From IMG/VR virus record IMGVR_UViG_3300031278_000001: a DNA stretch of 20,000 nt, one strand, 5' to 3'. The position numbers and the translations under genes were made by a program. The notes below the pieces were generated by a model that had not been told where the DNA came from, ran no database searches, and saw only the letters and a program-made list of their open reading frames with translations. Origin of the DNA: an uncultured virus (IMG/VR IMGVR_UViG_3300031278_000001) (lineage: Duplodnaviria; Heunggongvirae; Uroviricota; Caudoviricetes). This document shows positions 16,741-20,000 of the stretch, piece after piece. How positions within the stretch are numbered: the stretch's first letter is position 1; every line of letters begins with the position of its first letter.

Positions 16741-17225
16741 CCCTTACATACTTTTCCAATTTGTAATTTTACTATTAATGTTTGTACTGGTAAAAACTTA
16801 TGAAAATATATATCAGTTGCTCTTGGAAAAAGATTAGTAATCCAATCAAAAATGAATCTGAGCGGCAAACCTTTAAAACATTTAAATCTTCTTTCGAGTA
16901 TATTAAAACCAGTATCTTCAAAAGTGAAATAGCTACAATAGAAACAATGTTCGATATGTCTGTATGCAGTGTAAGAACTGAAATGTGGAACGATTATGTC
17001 TATTGTCGTACCATTTTTACCTATTCTTTGTAACTCTTTTAATAATTGCCCCCTTTTATGGATATGCTCAAACACATTATCCATGAGAATATAGTCAAAA
17101 GTATTGTCTTCGAACGGTAATATTGTTTCTAAATCCCAGACAACCACACCTTCCCCCGGTACAATATCTACATTCACAAAATCCTTTAAAATCTTTTTAC
17201 CGCAACCGAGATTAAGTTTTTTCAT
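16737..17225 (-). CDS. SAM-dependent methyltransferase (type 11-like)
   Basis: LNLGCG, NVDI, LPFEDNTFD, VFEHI. Confidence 0.9.
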   Translation of the reverse strand: MKKLNLGCGKKILKDFVNVDIVPGEGVVVWDLETILPFEDNTFDYILMDNVFEHIHKRGQLLKELQRIGKNGTTIDIIVPHFSSYTAYRHIEHCFYCSYFTFEDTGFNILERRFKCFKGLPLRFIFDWITNLFPRATDIYFHKFLPVQTLIVKLQIGKVCKG

Positions 17226-18219
17226 TGTACCCGACTTTTTTATAAACTTCTAAAGTTTCAAGAGCCGCCTTATGCCAACTAAATTTCTCCGCTTGAATCA
17301 AGCCTTTCTCTATTAAGCTATCTTGTAAACTTTTACTATTCAATATTCGTCCCATCCATTCAGAGATATTTTCCACATTATAAGGACTCATTAAAAAACC
17401 TCCTCTCCCAACAACTTCGGGTAGAGATGTTTGATTGGAAGCGATAATCGGCACGCCGGATGCCATCGCTTCAAGGGCTGGAAGCCCGAAACTCTCCCAT
17501 AGTGAGGGGAATACGAATAAATCAGAAGCGTTATAATAATGGGGCATATCCGCTCTGGGTACATATTCAATAAACTTTACCTTATCTTCGATTCCCAATT
17601 TTCTAACAAGGCGTTTATTATCCCTTCTGGATTTTCCGATTTTAACTAAAAGGGTATTCCGGAGTCTTTCGTTTAGAATCGCAAAAGCATTTATCAGTGT
17701 AGATATATTCTTTCTCTTTCCCTTTGCGGCTACACCCAGAACAATCTTTTTATTCTGTGGCAATCCAGTTATTATTCTTGACGCGTGTTTGTTTCTGGGT
17801 TTAAAATTGTCGTTTTTCCCGCAATGAATCCATGTTATTTTATTTTCTGGAAAATTGTAAGCTTTCAAGGTATCCCGATAGGAAGAATAAGAAATGCAGA
17901 TTATATGTTCAGCATATTTAAGCCAGGAATATAGAAATTTCCTGCCATAGTAACCGATCGGATTCTCAAAGTACTTCTTGTATGGGAAATCGTGGTAAGT
18001 GATTATCGCCTTCCTGCCTTTAGCGAGAAAGGATAGATTGTGATTGGCGATATGACATAAATCATACCCACTAAGATATCTGTTCCATTTCAATGAATCA
18101 GAGTGCTTCAGAAATATGTAATCTATATCGCACAAATCTTTCAGATGTTCATACAATTGTGTTGCATATTCTCCCATTCCACTATGTTCCGGCTGGTCGT
18201 TTATAAAGGCTATTTTCAT
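17212..18219 (-). CDS. GT4 glycosyltransferase
   Basis: MKIAF start, TYHD, RKN, YNASDLFVFPSLWESFGLPALEAMASGVP, FSW. Confidence 0.95.
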   Translation of the reverse strand: MKIAFINDQPEHSGMGEYATQLYEHLKDLCDIDYIFLKHSDSLKWNRYLSGYDLCHIANHNLSFLAKGRKAIITYHDFPYKKYFENPIGYYGRKFLYSWLKYAEHIICISYSSYRDTLKAYNFPENKITWIHCGKNDNFKPRNKHASRIITGLPQNKKIVLGVAAKGKRKNISTLINAFAILNERLRNTLLVKIGKSRRDNKRLVRKLGIEDKVKFIEYVPRADMPHYYNASDLFVFPSLWESFGLPALEAMASGVPIIASNQTSLPEVVGRGGFLMSPYNVENISEWMGRILNSKSLQDSLIEKGLIQAEKFSWHKAALETLEVYKKVGYNEKT

Positions 18220-18344
18220 TCTTCCTCTACGAACCATTTTATCCCTTCATATTCCCGTTCTATCCACTCGCCCGGCAAGACGATTGACAAGAATTGCAGA
18301 ACCCTATAAGCAATAGATATTGCAATGGCTAATAATATAATCAT
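18216..18344 (-). CDS. 42 aa membrane peptide (MIILLAIAISIAYRVLQ...)
   Basis: ATGA overlaps at both ends. Confidence 0.55.
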   Translation of the reverse strand: MIILLAIAISIAYRVLQFLSIVLPGEWIEREYEGIKWFVEEE

Positions 18345-18646
18345 TCCTTAGTCTCAATCTCCTTGATTTCATTAACGACATAATCCCCTTGCATTCTCCT
18401 AAGTTTTTCAAGTATCCCTCTTCTGGAAATCTCATATCCGTTTATTTCTCTAATCAATTTATCTATCTCATCTCTTAATATTTTTGTAGCCTCAACACCG
18501 AATTTGCTTTTGGTGTAGCCGAGCTTTTGTATTCTTCTAACTATCTTATCCAATGAAAAATGGTTATATGGCGTTCCAAAATATCCAGTATCCAGAACAT
18601 CTTTAATTTCATTAAATTCTGGGTCTTTTTGTTCTTTATTGGTCAT
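18341..18646 (-). CDS. GYTKRKF-family small protein, copy 4
   Basis: GYTKSKFGVE and EIKEIE blocks. Confidence 0.8.
   Translation of the reverse strand: MTNKEQKDPEFNEIKDVLDTGYFGTPYNHFSLDKIVRRIQKLGYTKSKFGVEATKILRDEIDKLIREINGYEISRRGILEKLRRMQGDYVVNEIKEIETKE
18491..18520. repeat. 30-bp dispersed repeat core, copy 4
   Basis: ctcaacaccgaatttgcttttggtgtagcc. Confidence 0.95.
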
Positions 18647-18669
18647 TCTTCCTTCTCCTTCTCATCCAT
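18643..18669 (-). other. mini-ORF MDEKEKEE, orphan 5' block of the repeated family
   Basis: GGAGGTTGAAA-ATG GAT GAG AAG GAG AAG GAA GAA TGA; TGA overlaps ATG at 18646. Confidence 0.55.
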
Positions 18670-18724
18670 TTTCAACCTCCTCTAATAATTCATAAGTAAT
18701 ATCGAATATATCTGGTTTACAAGG
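18662..18724 (-). pseudogene. 3' fragment of a PCKPDIF-motif phage gene
   Basis: PCKPDIFDITYELLEEVENG-stop with no start codon. Confidence 0.7.
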
Positions 18725-18733
18725 AACTCAAAA

Positions 18734-18961
18734 TCAAGTTTCATCCGAGGACTTCTTTGATATAATCCCAGCTTTTCTAAAGCAAGCTTTGCAATCCTGT
18801 CCTTTTTGATATTCTTCGGTTCCCTTTACATCTTCGCATTGGTCTTTGTCCACAAAAAGTATTGCTACTTTACCGCATAAAGAACGATGATCTTTACCGA
18901 AAATATGCCATATTTTCATATTGTACGGTTTAGCAAGGAATAAATCTTTCTTTTTATCCAT
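18734..18961 (-). CDS. small putative zinc-binding protein
   Basis: WH..., SLCG, DCKAC; GGAGG RBS. Confidence 0.7.
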   Translation of the reverse strand: MDKKKDLFLAKPYNMKIWHIFGKDHRSLCGKVAILFVDKDQCEDVKGTEEYQKGQDCKACFRKAGIISKKSSDET

Positions 18962-18970
18962 ATTTCCCTC

Positions 18971-19174
18971 CTAACTGTAAGGTTTGTGTTGAATGGTCAT
19001 CTCTTTAATTTCTAAGTCTTCTGGGAACGCATTGCAAATACCACATGCCTCCTCAATACTGCATCCTTTATTATTTTCTATCATAGAAATTTTCCTAACA
19101 GATAGTTCTACTTTTTCTGCAAATTGTTTTTGAGATAAACCTTTTTCTGCCCTAAATTCTTTAATAAAACTCAT
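18971..19174 (-). CDS. XRE/Cro-family HTH transcriptional regulator
   Basis: IKEFRAEKGLSQKQFAEKVELSVRKISMIEN. Confidence 0.9.
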   Translation of the reverse strand: MSFIKEFRAEKGLSQKQFAEKVELSVRKISMIENNKGCSIEEACGICNAFPEDLEIKEMTIQHKPYS

Positions 19175-19196
19175 TAAACCTCCTTTTTCTTATACT

Positions 19197-19967
19197 TCAT
19201 TTTGATTCCTTGAGTTTTTTCTGCGCTTCCTTTAATTCTTCTTTGCATTCCACTACCTTTCTTCTATATTCTTCTTTTTGTTTGTCCTTATATTTTTTGA
19301 TATAATTTTTATCAATCCTAAGATTGTATTCTTTAGCGCATTCAATAATATACCGAGCTGATGTATCATCTGTTTCTATTTCCGCATCGATATATTTCTG
19401 CAATTCTTGTCTTGCTTCTTCAAACGAAGAACATGGAACTGCTGTTTTCCAAGACCCGGAACCATCCTTGTATTCGTTTATACGCCATTCTAAATCACCT
19501 TTACTCTTTCCAAATAAGGTTAAAAGTTTCAGTATATAAGGGCTGTTTCCTGTATGATCCTCTTTGCAAACAAATTCGTCAAAAGTTACTATTCTACGCT
19601 CCCATTTCAACAAAGCGAAATGAGTTATTTCGCCATCAATAAACATATTTAGGTTTTTCAATTCGGAGAACTTATTGAATTTTTTCATTTTATTTTTATT
19701 TTCTTCTGTCGCTTTTTCTATTTCTGCTTGGAGTTTTTCTTTTTGTTTATGTAATTCGTTAACTTTTTCTTCCAGTCTGTTAACTTCAATCGTATATTTT
19801 AATTCAGGGGCTTTATCAAATACCTTTTCTATAAAGTATGTTTTAGAATCATCCACATATTCGTTTTCATATTCGTCTTCTGAATAGAAAACATCTTGTA
19901 CTAAAAAACCATCTTTTATCTTTTTAATGACTTCAACTTCTTGACCGTCTCTTAAATATTTTCTCAT
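19197..19967 (-). CDS. hypothetical coiled-coil phage-type protein
   Basis: 256 aa; GGAGGAG RBS; coiled-coil segments flanking a globular core. Confidence 0.8.
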   Translation of the reverse strand: MRKYLRDGQEVEVIKKIKDGFLVQDVFYSEDEYENEYVDDSKTYFIEKVFDKAPELKYTIEVNRLEEKVNELHKQKEKLQAEIEKATEENKNKMKKFNKFSELKNLNMFIDGEITHFALLKWERRIVTFDEFVCKEDHTGNSPYILKLLTLFGKSKGDLEWRINEYKDGSGSWKTAVPCSSFEEARQELQKYIDAEIETDDTSARYIIECAKEYNLRIDKNYIKKYKDKQKEEYRRKVVECKEELKEAQKKLKESK

Positions 19968-20000
19968 TTCTCCTCCAATGTTAAATGCCCTTCTTTCACA

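Noticed and set aside
18285..18311. Plus-strand TTGACA...TATAAG promoter
   Set aside because: 15-bp spacer, inside a small minus-strand ORF, with no plus-strand gene downstream.
1028..18646. Diversity-generating retroelement TR/VR pair
   Set aside because: No reverse transcriptase in the window, repeats are short, and variable segments are unalignable rather than adenine-mutated.
1064..19887. All plus-strand ORFs in the track
   Set aside because: Antisense shadows of minus-strand genes; Phe/Ser/Ile-rich, no RBS or recognisable motifs.

Overview
AT-rich, densely packed window with essentially every real gene on the minus strand, Shine-Dalgarno sites, ATGA start/stop coupling and sigma70-type promoters. 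It reads like part of a large bacteriophage or prophage genome, although no capsid, terminase or integrase gene is present to prove it. The centre (5127-12194) is a translationally coupled 10-gene glycan-modification cluster: six glycosyltransferase-like genes, a pyruvyl transferase, a radical SAM enzyme and two SAM methyltransferases, one frameshifted. A second GT4 + methyltransferase pair lies at 16737-18219. Also present are infA (IF-1), a membrane-anchored lytic transglycosylase with a terminator-like hairpin inside its 5' end, an HTH-LAGLIDADG protein lacking its catalytic acidic residues, and an XRE regulator. The two flanking small-gene regions hold a four-copy gene family built from three DNA-conserved blocks (including a 30-bp near-palindromic core) separated by unrelated variable segments, plus orphan copies of the 5' block and many frameshifted or truncated genes. 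All calls come from motif recognition by eye; no searches were run.
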